A stretch of 64,000 nt of DNA from Lingula anatina (Eukaryota; Animalia; Brachiopoda), in contig CM120643.1 of the NCBI GenBank assembly GCA_051362555.1, positions 9,734,001 through 9,798,000 of the forward strand, given 5' to 3'. This document shows positions 1 to 15,200 of the stretch, piece after piece. How positions within the stretch are numbered: position 1 is the first letter of the stretch; each line of letters begins with the position of its first letter. A program made the translations under genes and the position numbers. A model generated the notes under the pieces. It was not told where the DNA came from, ran no database searches, and saw only the letters and a list, made by a program, of their open reading frames with translations.

Positions 1-244
1 AGCTTTTAAATTTAATTTAGTTTTTGTAATACAGTCATGTAATTACTTAACCATATTGCTGCAATTTGTTAACAGGCACATGTACCTAGCTATAGCATAT
101 ATCAGTTAACTCTTTCTCTCCTTTCTTCATCATTTATGCCCCTGGATCAAGAATTCCTGTGTATAAAAAAGTATCTTCACATACATGTAGACATTAGATG
201 AGCAGCCTTCCACAGTTAATAAATTCCCTTTTGATGATAACGTA

Positions 245-254
245 GGGCCCGTAG

Positions 255-285
<31 letters not shown>

Positions 286-436
286 TCCACGGGTTCAAAA
301 GAACATGCCTTTTTGCTGGGAAAAGGTCCACTCGGGGTAAATTTGATCTAGGTAAAAAACTAAGATTTTAGGTTAAAAGGTCCACATTTTCAGAAAAAGA
401 CCCCCCCCCCTTTTGCAATTGCTGGCTACGCGCCTC
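245..436. mobile_element. non-autonomous DNA element, GGCCCGTAGCC...GGCTACG family (degenerate ends)
   Basis: Termini gggcccgtagcc / ggctacgcgcc; internal sequence is the reverse complement of the copies at 2005 and 5246. Confidence 0.6.
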
Positions 437-2004
437 ACGTGCAAGTACCTGTGCACAGCCTGGAGATGGAGCTTTATTCTATTCCAGCTTAATCAGAAGT
501 TCAAATCAGTTGCTCGAGTGAGTCATAATTTGGACATATTACTATAATCACTGCCATTTTGTCAGTGCATCCAGGCATCAGCAAATATGAGACAATTTTT
601 TTTTCTTAAAGAAGACATGCAAATCCAAATTGTTTTTTAGACGTTTAATAAACACCTAATGCTGTGTCATTATTTTATTAATATAACTCTAACTTCACAT
701 CTGTACCAAGTTAGTTCAGAAATTTGGACTCCCTAACATTACCAAGCAACCAAAAGACAATTTCACAAAGCCATTATTGTATGAAGGAATGCCGTTTGGG
801 TGACGTTAACTTTCATGAAAACTCGTTTGCTGATCTAGGCTACGAGAAGGAAATGCTCCAGTTTACATCAATTTTCATCCTCACAGCATACTAGAACTGT
901 ACAATACATATTGTAATTTAGTGTTGAAGAAGCAGGTTGCATCTGGTGACAGCATTTAGTTAATTTCTAGTCTAAGTTGATCCTGTTGTGAACATAACTC
1001 AAGTAGACATCTCATTTGAATATAGAATACTACATGTATACTGACAAAGACAAATCCTTCTTCAATGTACTTGTTAATATGATTCGTAGCACTGCCAAAT
1101 CATGGTTATTTCTCACTAAGTTTGAACAAATTCATAATGTACATGTGCAATTTTCCAATTTAAGTGTAAAAAAGTAGTTCTAATAACTCATAAGCTAGTA
1201 TCCTTTTATGCAGGATGTATGAAGTATGTTTTTGTGAACAACAAAATATAAGGAAATTTGTAAAAAAAAAAAATAAATAAATATGCCATAGAAATAAAGC
1301 ATCCAAAATTTGTGAGTAAATACCATAATATGCCCGCAGCAGTGCTTTTACAGTGATCCAGGTATATGATCACTATAGGATGTGGTGTCAGCCCATTTAA
1401 AACTGAATATTAAGTCTTATTGAAAGCAGACATGCAATTTACTCTACTATAAAGGATAGGGTACTTCAGGCCGTGAAAAGGTGCATAATATTTTAGGCAT
1501 GATAAATGTTTGTATCAGTGGATATTTCTTTCCTGTCAGAGTTAAAATAGGGACAATTTATGGGATATTTAGCACATAATCTTCATAACTGTTTCTATAC
1601 AAGTATGCAGCATTTTCTTAGAGACAAAGGCATGCCATCTGACTATGCATTTCTGACTATGCATTAAATGAAATTAGTACTAGTATTAACCCCTGTCAAA
1701 AATTGCATTTATTCAAGTGAAGTGAAAGTGCCTAGAAATGCAAGCATGAACATGTAACCCTTAAAGGCTTTGAGCAATAAGTGAAGAAAAGTTCATCGAA
1801 AAAAAAAAAAAAAAAAACATTACGCTTTAAAATGAATGCTTCTAGCAAAACTTGTTGATCCAAGCCACTCATGTTACCAAAGCTTATTTTGTTTTTTTCT
1901 CTGTCAGGTCACACACTTAATATATTATGTCACTAATATTGAAAAGCAACCCATGCACCTACTCTAAAGTTAAAACCATTTCATATACATAGTATGTAAG
2001 ATAA

Positions 2005-2173
2005 CAGGCCCGTAGCCAGCAATTTCAAAAGGGGGGTTCTTTTTCTGAAAAAGTGGACCTTTTCCCATAAAAACATAATATACCTAGATCAATTTTTACC
2101 CAGAGTGGACCATTTCCCAGCAAAAGGGGCGGTTCTTTCGATCTCCCCGAACCCACCCCTATCTATGGGTCTG
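2005..2173. mobile_element. MITE with CAGGCCCGTAG TIR and 5-bp TSD (hAT5-like)
   Basis: caggcccgtagc...ctatgggtctg flanked by gataa on both sides (2000-2004, 2174-2178). Confidence 0.7.
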
Positions 2174-3422
2174 GATAAGTAGTTGTAAGTTTTTGATATA
2201 CTTCAGGGAGCTGGATGGAGAACAGTAAGCCAGCTGATTAATTGCAACAACATCCATCCCCCTTTTCTCCTTTCATTCCCACCCCACCTCTTCTTTAATG
2301 TAATACATAGCACATATAAAGGTAGTAAGGCAGATAATCTCTTACGTAATGTGTGAAGAATTTGAAAGTGCCAGAGAGCAAACTGCATTCAATCAGGCTT
2401 TAGCAAAACCACTCCAAAGTATATATTCCTGACTCTGCTTTTATACGAAAAAATCTCTTGAACTAACAACTATTGCTTCCACTTTTGTTTATACAGCATA
2501 TTGCTGTTAGTCAGAAAAAATACCACAGATAAAAAGAAAGAAAAAAAAGGAAGCTATCTTCTAACTGAACAAAAACAAGAATCATGTGCTATATTATTTC
2601 AATGCTGTCATTTACCAGCCTAAGGGTAATTGTGAAACAGGATGTTGTTCAATCATCAACTATTTTCAGATTTTTAAAAGCCTAAAGGGGAAGGGATTGA
2701 GGCCGGGATACACGTACATATGGGACAGGAAGGGATTGATGACAATTAACTGGGATGGGGAGGGGTGGAGGGTACCGGGACAGTGACAGGTGATGAGACA
2801 TTAGAGTTTTATCACGCCTGGAATATCCCCTACTATAGTCTGTATATGTCACCTGACCCATGCATAATAATATATATGAACTACTGGCTGCAAAATGAGA
2901 ACAGCTAGCACAGCCAACACTGCAAGGAGGTAGAAGTTTATGCATCAATATTTAATTCTACCAGTAGTATATGTCCATAGTTTACCGGTATAAGTCCTAC
3001 ATAATAAGCTGCTGGTAAAGTCCAGGTGTACACGTATTCATTTCTATTGGTATACATAATTTATTATGACATCAACACTGTCCATCAGATGACCTGGATG
3101 ATATATTTTTGTCCAAATTTGAGACAAAATTTAAAAAGTTCTAAGAAGAAAGATTAATCTAAATCTAGGCATGAATAATAAATTAAGAGAATACATAAAA
3201 AAGTCATAAAGCTTCACAGTATGCATCAGCTAGGTTATTCATATCCTACGAAATGAATACACTGTTCATATATATCTCACTTAAGATGTTCCATTTACAG
3301 AAAAGTTAAAAGTCATCATACTGGAAATATAAGGATTCATATCACAGAGTGCTATTTTTTTTTTATCTTGATGTACTTTGCTATGACTCCTATTTTCTAA
3401 CACAGTGACAAAGATATGACCC

Positions 3423-3453
<31 letters not shown>

Positions 3454-5245
3454 GTATGCACTGTTGGCTTAAAACGACCCTTGAGTTAGAGACCTACTAC
3501 CTGAAGATGACACCTGTACATGTGATTTTAACAACCTGTCAAAAGAAACCCAACACTTAACAAAAGTGATGAAAAAAAAAAGAAAAAAAAAGATTATCCA
3601 ATTTTTTAAAGGAATGCCATTATGCACATACCTTCAATCTACAAAAATGTTGAGCTATTCAGGCTATTCATTACAACTCTTTATATTACCTTGCGTGGCA
3701 GCTTACCATATTCAAGTTACGGCATTTGAGTTACTATTTCATACTGTGTCCTTTTACATCAACATACATGTACATGTTACTATTAAAAACATTCCACAGC
3801 TAAATCCATTAGGATATCAACAGTTTGCTTTTTAAGCAATTAAGAGTACTTCTAAACATATAAAAAATTGTTAGGGTGTTATAATCATACCTTTTTAAGA
3901 ATTTCTCCTCAAGTCCTAAGATGCCTGTGGAATGTGCTGGGTGCTAACTCTCCCTGTTTCTCTTCTCCCCTCTCACTGTCTGTGAGCCGGCAAAATGACC
4001 CAGTTAAGAAAGCCACAGAGACGAACCGCGTGAGCAAACCAGTTTTCCGAGCTGACACTCCTCCCCGGCTGACTACGCACACCAAATTTGGCCCTCAGCT
4101 AGCATGCTAATTACCCAGTCTGTCTAGAACAAAAGTGACTTTAAAGTGTCGCGCAGGGTGGCTCTGTTTAGTTTTGTATGCAAGACTCATTTGTCTACAT
4201 CCACTTGTGAATCATGGTGGCTTGTTCTGTAATACTGTAACTAGGATGGATGGTAGCAGAGTTGTATGAGTCTGATGAGTAGATGGATAAATAAATAAAA
4301 AACATACTTATAGCACAAAATATTGTGAATAAATTAAAGGGACATAAATATGAACCAGTATGTATATGTATAATGTACATAGTATGTACTCTACTAATTC
4401 AGTATGTCAGTCACATTATACTTTAAAAAATGTGATACAGATATATCATGACTGTAGGGGCATAAAATGTATCCCTGTAGTTGGAAATAAAAATATTTTG
4501 CTTTCTGTTATTTCGAGTACATGTAAATATCTAATAAGTCCAAAATAATACATTAAATCTTAATGAGTAGGTATACGAAGAAGCTGCATGCAGTGTCATT
4601 CTTTTGTTTTCTTTTTATTGACATATTAAATAATCATTCCTTCATACATACGCCCATATATAACTAAGTAATGAAATAACTAAATAACATATATTAATTA
4701 CATTAATTATGACCCTCTCCTTAAATACCACTTCTACTCACATACACTGTACTGGAGTACTTATTCGCATAATATAGCATACGGGTACATGTTTGAAGAC
4801 TGGTTCATATGTTTAACAATTTCAAATGCAAAGTCTATCTTTAGGGGTTTGATGATGGATAATAGTTTTTCTAACTTACTGTTAAACAGCACCTGTAAAT
4901 GCATGGAATTTGACACTTCTGTTGAAAAAATAGGAATGCCTTTATCTGATTAAATTCATATTTAATATGTTTATCATCAACAACTTGTGCATACAGATTC
5001 ATTAAATTAAAGTTGAAAGTCTTCAGCTTAATTTTCTACTTGTTTTTACCAATTGTACCATGAATATCAGGAAGCTAATCGCAGAGGTCATCTTGTCCAG
5101 TGGAGGGGCAAGGTCACTACTGGATACCTGGACACCTTGATAACATGAATTTTTTAAGGTTCCCAGTGACTCATCACTATAAAATATACACTTGTGTGAA
5201 TTGCTATGATGCAGTCGGTTAAATGAAAAACGTGTTGTATAAAAC

Positions 5246-5433
5246 CAGGCCCGTAGCCAGCAATTTCAAAAGGGGAGGGGAAGGGGTTCTTTTTCTGAAA
5301 AAAAAAATGGACCTTTTATCATAAAAACTTCCTGTACCAAGATCAAATTTTACCTAAAGAAGACCTTTCCCCAGCAAAAGGGGCAGTTCTTTCGACCCCC
5401 CCCCCCTTAACCCACTCTGGGTATACAGGCTTT
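5246..5433. mobile_element. MITE, same family as 2005-2173
   Basis: Starts caggcccgtagccagcaatttcaaaagggg as at 2005; TSD aaaac on both sides. Confidence 0.65.
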
Positions 5434-6480
5434 AAAACTTATGTCAATCTTGAAGCCAAATGCTAATGCATGACTGTATGCCATTCTAAAAAATTCATAG
5501 GTACATTGATGCGCGGTAAACCATAAAACATATTTCAGTCACGCTTTTAACTTGGTGCACAATGTCAAAATGTTCGACCACTTCATTAAATACACTACAT
5601 GCTCACACATTTCTCTTTCTCTCTCTCTTCTTCCAGCCTGTGCAATTAAAATAAAAAGATAGCATTCTCATTTTGTGAAGAAAATATTTAGTACAGCAAA
5701 TCCAAGCACAAAAAATTTTGCTCAAGATATACTTTCAAGTAAATGATACATATAACAGGAAATATTCCAACTTTTCCAAGAGTATTAGGTACTGTGGCAC
5801 ATGCTTATCAAACTTACATGCAGGCGAAGCGGGTAGAATTTACATGCCCCAAATAACAATTGATCTTTTTACGTTGCTTTTTGAAATACACCATTCTAAA
5901 GGGGTCATGGGGCGGGAACTTGACACCCATTGTCAAGAGTTTAGGAAGTGTTTAAGGTATAATTTAGAAGATGATGATGACAAAAAGAGGTGTACAAGGC
6001 ACCTCATTTCCAACATCGGATAATTTAAATGTGAATAAATACATTTGGAGTCTGTAGTAAAACTTGGATGAATAAAAGGTTTTATTAGTCCAAGGGCAGA
6101 AGAAGTAAATTTAAACGTATTTGAAGTTCTGTGTGACTACAGCAGCTCCATTCACATAACAGTTAAAGTAAAAGTACAGTTGTTTCACAGTCCAAGAATG
6201 ATAATTTAAGTGGTCAAAAATACAAAATAAGCATGCATATGGCATAACATATCAGTTATTTCCTCTGTGGTCATACACGCCCACCCCTTCAGTTCACCAC
6301 AAACATGACATTAATGCATGTTTTCATTGATAAAAGAAAACACTTTGCATCTCACATGTTTCACGCAGATACATGTTACCAAACATAACTCCATCAAAGG
6401 TTTCCTGTTGCTTCACCTTTCCCATTTATTTGTCCAGTTAAGAGAAGGAGAAAATCACGTGATGTTCCATTCAGAACTTA

Positions 6481-6726
6481 GGGCCCATTCCCATTGAACC
6501 TATCGGTCTACGGAGATCGATCCAACTTCGAGGGGACTTACTGAATGCAATCAGTTTAACAGATTAACTTGCCTCCTCCTGGCATTAAGTAGAATACAGA
6601 AAAGCTGGTGATTATACAAATTTGTTAAAACAAGAGGAGGTGTGTTAAACTGATTGCATTCACCAAGAGTCCCAGCGGAGTTGAATCGATCTACATAGAA
6701 CTGATAATTTCAATGGGAATGAACCC
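6481..6726. mobile_element. PIF/Harbinger-type (Tourist-like) MITE
   Basis: TIR gggcccattcccattgaa / ttcaatgggaatgaaccc, TTA TSD both sides, subterminal gatcgat motifs. Confidence 0.7.
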
Positions 6727-9204
6727 TTATTCGTCTTATGTACCTTTTATAAATCATGCAAATTAAGGTAGAGTTAATGTACAAAGTCAGGAACATGATG
6801 GCCTGTCACAGAAGGGAGAATCACTGTTGACAGATACAGAATACAATGAGCATATGATTTACAATTAACAGTAGTTCAGGATGAAACCGTTACACCCTGT
6901 GGGTATCTGTGAGCTTACAATTTTCATACAGCCCCCCTACTACTCCAGCATGGGGACCTTGAAATCGAAATGGCCATTTGTCAGGTTTGTGATGTAAAGT
7001 CACGGGGTGTGTGATTGGGATCGCCGGACATAAATCATGGACATCATGGACATAAACTAGCCGTTACTGTACACTGTACTATCATGGTCCAATTGTAAAT
7101 ACACTTGCCGCACTGCCAGGTACTCTCTACCAGGGGCACATACAGATGGATTTTTCACTGGATATTTACAGATATTATGTCACTGGTTAATTCATGGCAA
7201 GTGCACATAACTAACCTGCTGCACTGTTTTGAGGATATGATGCAGGAACTGCGAGTCCCCTCACTGGAGTCACCAGCCTGCTCATTCGTCACATACAGCA
7301 TGTGCCAAAAGTGCATTATTTCCGGAGATAGATGATTATATAAAAATACATAACTATATTTTGAAGGTTATTTATTTATTTTTTAGTGATAACATTGATT
7401 CACTGAAAATAGATAGGCACATTTGTAAGTTGGTGGAAACATTTGTTGAAAAGTGTCTGACACTGACAATTTGATTTCCATCTAAATTAAAAGAAAAAAA
7501 AACACTGCCCTGGCAATAATGTACTGACCCTAATATTAAGCTGCTATGTCTGTTAAACATCTTACACTCTCAAAAACAGTGTTTAAACACATATAATACA
7601 GGTTAGGCACGTTTCCCTTTCCCTGAATGTTAAAAACTTATTATTTTGCTCAGATTTGACCTTTTCTGATGTGTTTTTGTTTTTGCAGCTTAGATTATGT
7701 TGTGATGATCTTTTCTGAGCCCAAAACAATTGCACATGTGTGTCTGATAATAGTTTAAAGTCATTTTTCTTTAAAAAAAACATTATTCAAAATTAGATAG
7801 AGCAAGACTATGCCATGATGAACTTAGCCACATCGGAGTGGATAGGACACATTTTCAACCACGTGAGCATAGGAGGGCTAAGGGATCAGCCGAAGGGCTG
7901 AAAGGGATGCCTCATCCTTATTTTTCTATTTGTTCTACTGACTGAATGGCACCCTCAGCACTTATTCCCAGCCTCAGATTTATGAGCACAAATGCCTAAA
8001 TTAACATCTCCAGCTACCAATATACTACCCCAACATAAAATCACTTGTCACAAGCAATGTGTTTCATTACCCAAACTATTTATACTTATATACCCATTTG
8101 GTACCTTTCATACGAGCCAGAGGTTGTCGAGAACGCATTAATATTGCTGCAGTATAAAAAGAACAGTAGGGGAGCTTCTGGTATGTAAACAGCCAGAGAC
8201 CCAGATGGAAGATGGTCAAATTGTCTGTGCAAAGAAATGCTAAGATTAATTGTGGCAAGTAATTTTACATTGGATTTGTTAATTTGTGGCTGGAGTCATT
8301 AATTTGTGCACTTGTGCCTCCAAATCTAAGGCTCGTGTAAAAAAACAGCAATTATCGTTTATGAGGCCTGTGCTTAATAATGTCAGATGAAATATGCTTT
8401 TTAGTTAGGTTCCCAAAGAGCCAGCTGAATTTATACAGGGCAGGGTGCCAAAATATAATGCAGATGTAATTACCTAATGAAAATATAAAACTTTCTGGCT
8501 GCATCTTTCATCAATTAGAATTTATTTTTACCCAAAAAATTCAGGCACTTTCAGTAAAATAGCAACTTGTATTCAAAATGGACAGATGGCAAGAAATCTT
8601 CATTGATAATTAGGGATTTAACCATTCAGAATCTGAGAATGTTCTTCTTCCAAATATAAACAATATCTTTTCACTTTCCCCTCTTTGATTAAGGAAGTAT
8701 GCACCGGTATGCGGAAACCTAAACACTAAACAGCATTTCAAAATACACATAAAAAAAACAACATGAGCACTGAACTTACATCAATCTTATAAGGAATTTT
8801 GCACTTTTAGTTTTGACTTGCCCATGCTTACAAGTTACAGGGGATTATTTCACCAAGCTTGAACAAGGTTTTCAACATGCAAAAAGAAGCCGCTGCTTGT
8901 TATACAGTACTGCATATATGAGTTTCAGTGCCAATTGCATGTTTTCCAGCTTCTTTTTTCTTTTTTAAACTCCATATAGATTGTATGTGCATGCACATAC
9001 TGATTAACGGGCACACATGGATATTCAGATATGAAAAAGGGGGCTCTTATCTGGTTTGAGGCTCTTGGTAAAGTGTCAAAACATTAAAGCTAGAACACAT
9101 TATTTGAAAGCTTTTTTATCCTTAATTCTTTATGGCTGTTCCTTTTTTTCCAAAACGAGAAGTCGCCTTTCTCTAAAAAGCGCATTGCCTTTATAGGCAC
9201 AGAC

Positions 9205-12200
9205 TTAATATTTCTCCTCACTCTTAACAAGAATCTCACAATTCTCCGCCAACATGACATACTCGTCCGAGTTCGGCCCTTCCTGATTGGCAAGCAAATT
9301 GCCATTCCTGGTATCCTGACTCCCCAAATCATGATCGGCTGGAATTTGATCGTACGCCTCGTTTTCATACTGATAGTCGATGGTGCCATTGGAGCCATTG
9401 TGAAACTTTGTACTGCCCCGACGCCCACGGCACAGGACGACCACAATAACTATTAAGATGATCACTGCTAGACCAGAACCTACCGCTATTGCGATGATCA
9501 GATGGATGTCAGGTTCTGGTGAGGATACCTGAAGCATCTGTGCTGTACCTGCAATGTTAGTAATGAAAAACATTGTAATTTTTTTTTCTTGGCAGAACTT
9601 TATGTACCATCTACAACACTTCATTTGCATGTTAGTGCTTTTTCTATACTTCATTAAAATTGCAATAAAATCTATTCATTGAAGCAAACACGACATGCAA
9701 AAAATAAAATAGTTTCAAAGTATGTCTTATCAGGAATAATACAGATTTTATTTTCAGTTGCACACAAGCATGTCAAATTTTCAAAAAAAAAAAAAAAAAA
9801 AAATTACCAAAACTTTGCTTAATTAGATAAAACAAAATTTTAGAAATACCAATATGTAGAAGTTTTGTCACAAAATCTTAAATATGGTGGACGGAACCCA
9901 GCATTTTTTTTTTTTTTTTTGGTGCATTTATCTACAGAGGTGTATCAATTTACCCACATATTTACAATATTATGAACTGATAATACTAATAAATGCACAT
10001 GTTACAGAATACTTACAATCGGAGTGGCTAAATGAACCAGCAAGTGAATTCTTCTTCCCCTCACATGGAATGCAGGCTGACTGGCCAGTTCTCTCCTGGT
10101 ATGTGTTCTCAGGGCAGACGAGGCACATGTCTTGGGCTGAGCTGTATCTTGTTCCTGGTGGACAAGGCACTAGAAGAACAATTACATTCATTTCTCACTA
10201 ACTTTATCCAAGATTTTTCATGCGTATTTCCAATATCTCAGTTTTGGGGAATATACTGATGAGATTATCAACGAGTTCTAAAGAGGAAGTTGGGTTCCTG
10301 TCAGAAATGCAGTAGCAAAGTATAAAATTGCATTATCATACCATGATTGTATAGTAAAAAACTCTGAAACTCAGGATTTCTGTCATTATTATTTTGGTGT
10401 TGCAGTGGTAGTAAAAGACTCTTCATATACCATGAAATTTAGAGGAATAGACTGAAAACCCTTACCACAAAAATTGTCCACTGTCTTCATCTGTCCCCCG
10501 CCACAATTAATTCTTGGAGAGCTTTGACTCTTCAGGGTTACATTATAGTTTGTATTATTATACCAGAACACAAAATGGTTGTTGGCAAGAAAAGTGGAGA
10601 CATTCTTGGCAACTTCTTGGACTGTTTGAAAATCTTCTTGGCTGTCTTGTCTGAATAATATTGAAAATAAAAATCTATAATTGTACTATATGTGAAAATC
10701 CAAATAAAATTTCTGAAGGTGAAAGAGCAGCAAAAAAATTCCATTTTAAATGTTATAGCAGAGTACTGACATGCTCTTTATGATTTATCCTTCTACCAGT
10801 GAATACCTATATGTGTATTTTAACTTCACTGTGCTAGGATATGACAATCCAATCAATTAATCATCTTAACTTTACAGCATGCTTTGTTCTTTTGACCAAA
10901 ACAAAATCAAAGAAAAATCTTTTGAGTCACAATCTTTGTGTCAGGAGAATTACCATATTTGTAGAAGCATTATGTCAAATTCCATAGGATAGATAATCAG
11001 GCAATTATTAATTAAGAAATTTAAACTCAATATATATGTTGCAGTTTTAAATCCTTCTGACATCACAATAACATACACGTATATGAAAAAAGGAAAACAT
11101 CTTACGTAGGTAGCGTTGCATTCAGAGCAAGGACAATGGTCATGGTTCCATCTTGGGTTGACGTCTGCCTTTTCTTTCTCACTGTGCCACAAGACACATC
11201 CAATTGCGATGGCTGACACAGTCTTATAAACGCAAACTTGGGACACACTTCATTCACCCTCAGCCAATCTATGTACTTGTTTTTGACGAAAGAGATAAAG
11301 TCTTGATCTTCATAGCAGCCAACAGGTGTCAGCACCTCCTGGTACTTTACCCCATAGCTCACAGGTGCTGACTTGATTTCTGGAGATACAAGTGTACATG
11401 TGTACTTAAAAAATTTAAAGAAGATCTTTTAAGAGTGCTTTTATAAGTAATGATAAAATTTGCTTTTCAAAATTTATAAAAAGGCATCAATTCAAAACAA
11501 AACATTGACAAGAAGTCTTACTGGTAATTCTCTTTAAGTTAAATGACAAGTCAGGAAGAAAGTTACCATCACTGTGGTAAAAAAAAAGTTACATTCAATG
11601 GGAATGACTCTGTGAATAGCTTTTTATGATATGCTACTTCTCCAACCTTAGGCTAAAGGAAAAACTCACCCACACAAGCCATCGTCCGGACCACGTCTGC
11701 CCTGTACTCAGGCTGCCAAGTTCCCTGTGCATCGCAGGTGTACTGTTGCGCCACCTGTTGGTTTACCCTGATGTTACTCTCAGGGGTGCAGGTAATGGTG
11801 CACTCTTCCTGTCCCCCCACTGTCTGACAGCTGACACTGGCACGATGTGGAGTCTCAAATCTTCCACACTCTTTGGTAAAATGTGAGAATGTTATTGGGA
11901 ATAAGTCATTGTCTTTTTTATAAAAGTTACTGTATCCAATATCCATGTAGGTAATTGTTCACTCATTCAAATTTATAAAGAATTATATCCTACCAATTTT
12001 ATTTTGGAATCATCACTATTCGCTATCACAAGAATTTAACTTCTCTCCCCATTTTTGCTTTAAATAAAAAACAATTTCTTTGTAAAATACCACCTATTGT
12101 ACCGGTATGCCTCTTCAGAAAATTATTAAATGCTTATCAAATTCCTCAGCCATTATGACTTGTACCATATGGTTTAGTGGTAAATATGCCCTTCTATTAT

Positions 12201-15200
12201 GAAAAGATCACCCATTGTTCTAATAGGGTGAAAAATAAAGTGAAAAAGTCTTGGGATTATATACATGTAGAGGTGCATACCAGCACATGTTTACTTCCTT
12301 AAGGTTAATTATTCTCTTTATCCTTCAGCACTACATGTACGCATATTTCTTGGGGGGGGGGGGGGGGTATAATAACCTTTTGTAGATGTCACTTACTTGT
12401 CTGATCACTCCTCTTGACAACTACAGTAAAAGAACAAGAAGCAGTATTCCCAGCAGCATCCTCTGCAGTGTAGGTGACAGTTGACTCCCCAACAGGAAAT
12501 GCATTGCCTGATAGATAAAAATTAGACAGTAAGACTTGTATGCAGACTGTTCAGACTTTGATTTTATAAAAAAAATTGAAGACAAATTTAATGAAGGTAA
12601 GGGACTCTTTAACATACATGGGTTTGTAATATAGAAATGTTTGAAAATTTAAGCATGTCTTGAATCAGTTCAAAGCTATAAACAAACAGATAAATCCATG
12701 TTCTTATAATTATAATAAAATGGATGTCGATTCATTACTGTTACATATTAGTGTTACATAGGGTATGTTAATCAACATAAATGCTCGGAAAAGCTCACCT
12801 GGTTTGTAATTTGATGTCAACGATGTGACAGCCATGTTGTCCCTCGCTTCAGGAGATGGCCAAGTAACGTGAACCGAGCCTGAGGTGGTGTCTTTGACCA
12901 GGTCCATGGGGCAGAAAGTGAACACTGGGGACTCTGTGTCTGGAAACCAAAAAAAAAAAAAAAAAAAAAAAAACACTTGATATTAAGAGGAAATATTCTA
13001 AGAAAAAGGGGTTCACCAATTTGTTTCATCAGTACACTCTGTCAAAGAAATTGCCTTCATTATTGCATTAATTTTACATTCTCTGAAAGGCAAAGGAGGC
13101 AATTTTGAAGCAAAATATATGTACTCTATGACTGAAATTAATGGTACAGTATACTATGGATACAAAATGTTATTTACACAAATTAATTTTGTCAAAACAA
13201 ATGGCAAAAGAGGCTCTGCAAAGAATCTAAATTTTCCAGATTTACGAAATCTAATGCAAATGTGTACTGAATCAATAAGGCTCTTACCTGGATATGGTGT
13301 GGAAGTACTGACTGAAAAATAAAAATGAAAAATGTACGAAAACTGTCATTATTAACAATAAAAATTACTTAAGTTAACCATTACCTTTCCACCTTTTTTT
13401 TCATTTCAAGATTTATTAACAATTATTTCAGAATTTAATGAAAATACTTTCACAGTTCATCATTAAAACTTCAAGATAATGCCAATTTAAAAAAAAAACT
13501 ATTAAATTCAGCTGTGGCAATATAAATCGCCAAAAAAATACATTGCATTTATCATTTACACAGACTTTTAGGGAAAATAATTTCAATTTGTTTTTCTCAT
13601 ACTGCACCTGTGTTACTGCAAGATTTTCCATCAGGGAGCAGCACCTGTCCTGCTGGGCAACCACACAGCCATGAAGAGCCCGTGAGAGGGTAACATTGGC
13701 TACAGCCATGGGAACTGGGGCATTCTACAGGTTAAGAAAAGTTGTATTATTTACATGCTTTATAACATTACAGTCTTTGAATTATGTAAAAAAGGCACCA
13801 GCTCATTTTGTCATAACCACACTGGTACTTTCATCATTAATGCACCATTTTAACAATCTTTGCAAAGTATGAATAACTCTTGGATGCTAGAAAATTGCAG
13901 TATTTTTTCAACTTTCTTAATCTGTTAATTCCTGAAAGAAATATCTGATCACTGAAATTAAAATTTTCCTTATTCTCAAATAAAATGCTGGGCTCCAATT
14001 TGTACGCTTTTAATGACTTTCAAAGGAAAGGTCAGACACTCTTGAAGAAACATAAATCAGAACATAATTTGGGTGTTGAAACTTATGAGCAATCAACATA
14101 CCTTCATTTCTATTCAACCTACCAAACATGACACAGCTGAGCATACAATGCTTAAAGTGATATGCCATCTTCATATGTATATATTGTTATATAATTTTCA
14201 TGAACCAATAAATATGTTTGAAAAAATCGCTAACCAAAAAGTCCTATAGGATCTTATACATGGGCCAACTTCCTGTAGAATCCTATAGGATATTATAGGA
14301 TCCTAAAGGATTTTTGTAAGGGATGATACAGCGAATATCCCACCTGTTGGTGTTGGTTCAGCTTGTTGGACGACCATCTGGGTGGGTCTCATCAAGCCCT
14401 CTGCCAGGACCTCAACTCTCCCACTGGGTCTGTGGTACACGGATAAACGTTTGCTCCTCCAGTCAGTAAAATATATCCAGTCCCCACCCAAACTGATGTC
14501 GTAGATATGGTCACTTCTAAACTGTGTCAGCTCTGTCAACCCTGACCCTGGAATGTGTCAAATATGACATAGTATATAGGTTTTAATATATACCTCTTGA
14601 AAGATTACAGAAGGATTAAAAAGGAGAATGTTTGTTTTTACACCCCACCCCCCAATAAAAAGAACAAAAAAAAACAAAACTCTTCTTCCAAAATGTATAC
14701 CCCTTAAAAGATTAAATAAGGATTAAAAAGGAGAAAGTTTATTTTTACACATATGCACCCCCCCCACCCCCCAAAAAAAAAGAATGAAAGAAAAAAAATT
14801 GGCTTCCAAAATTATCAATCACCTGGCTGTGTTCATAACCACTGATGCTTATACAGAATTAATTAATTTGATAAACTGAGTTTCAGTAAGGCATATTGTT
14901 TTTAGTTAAAATACGATCCCTATTTTATGTACCAGATAGTTAAATTAGAGTATAAATTAGTCCCACAACCAACTTACCATCCAAATTAGCCACGTACACT
15001 GTTTTGGTATATCCATCTGCCACATACAGCTTATCTGCCACTATCTGGAGTGAGTTTGTCCATCTGAGGCCAGCAGAGCTGGTCAGTACCGTCTGGACCA
15101 GAGGAGTGGACACGCCCAGTCTGACCCTCCCCACGCGGCGGTCACTGGCACCCCACTCCGTCCAGTATAGATATCTGGAGTCATGTAGCAAAGTTTTAAA

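Noticed and set aside
7814-7901. ATGATGA...CTGA pair resembling a C/D snoRNA
   Set aside because: No terminal stem and no recognisable rRNA antisense element; not in a defined intron
1-9204. Short ORFs (60-101 aa) in the first 9 kb
   Set aside because: Low-complexity AT-rich translations with no recognisable motifs or consistent exon chain; likely 3' UTR or intergenic
14580-14815. ~110-bp intronic tandem duplication
   Set aside because: Does not touch a splice site or coding sequence; ordinary local duplication
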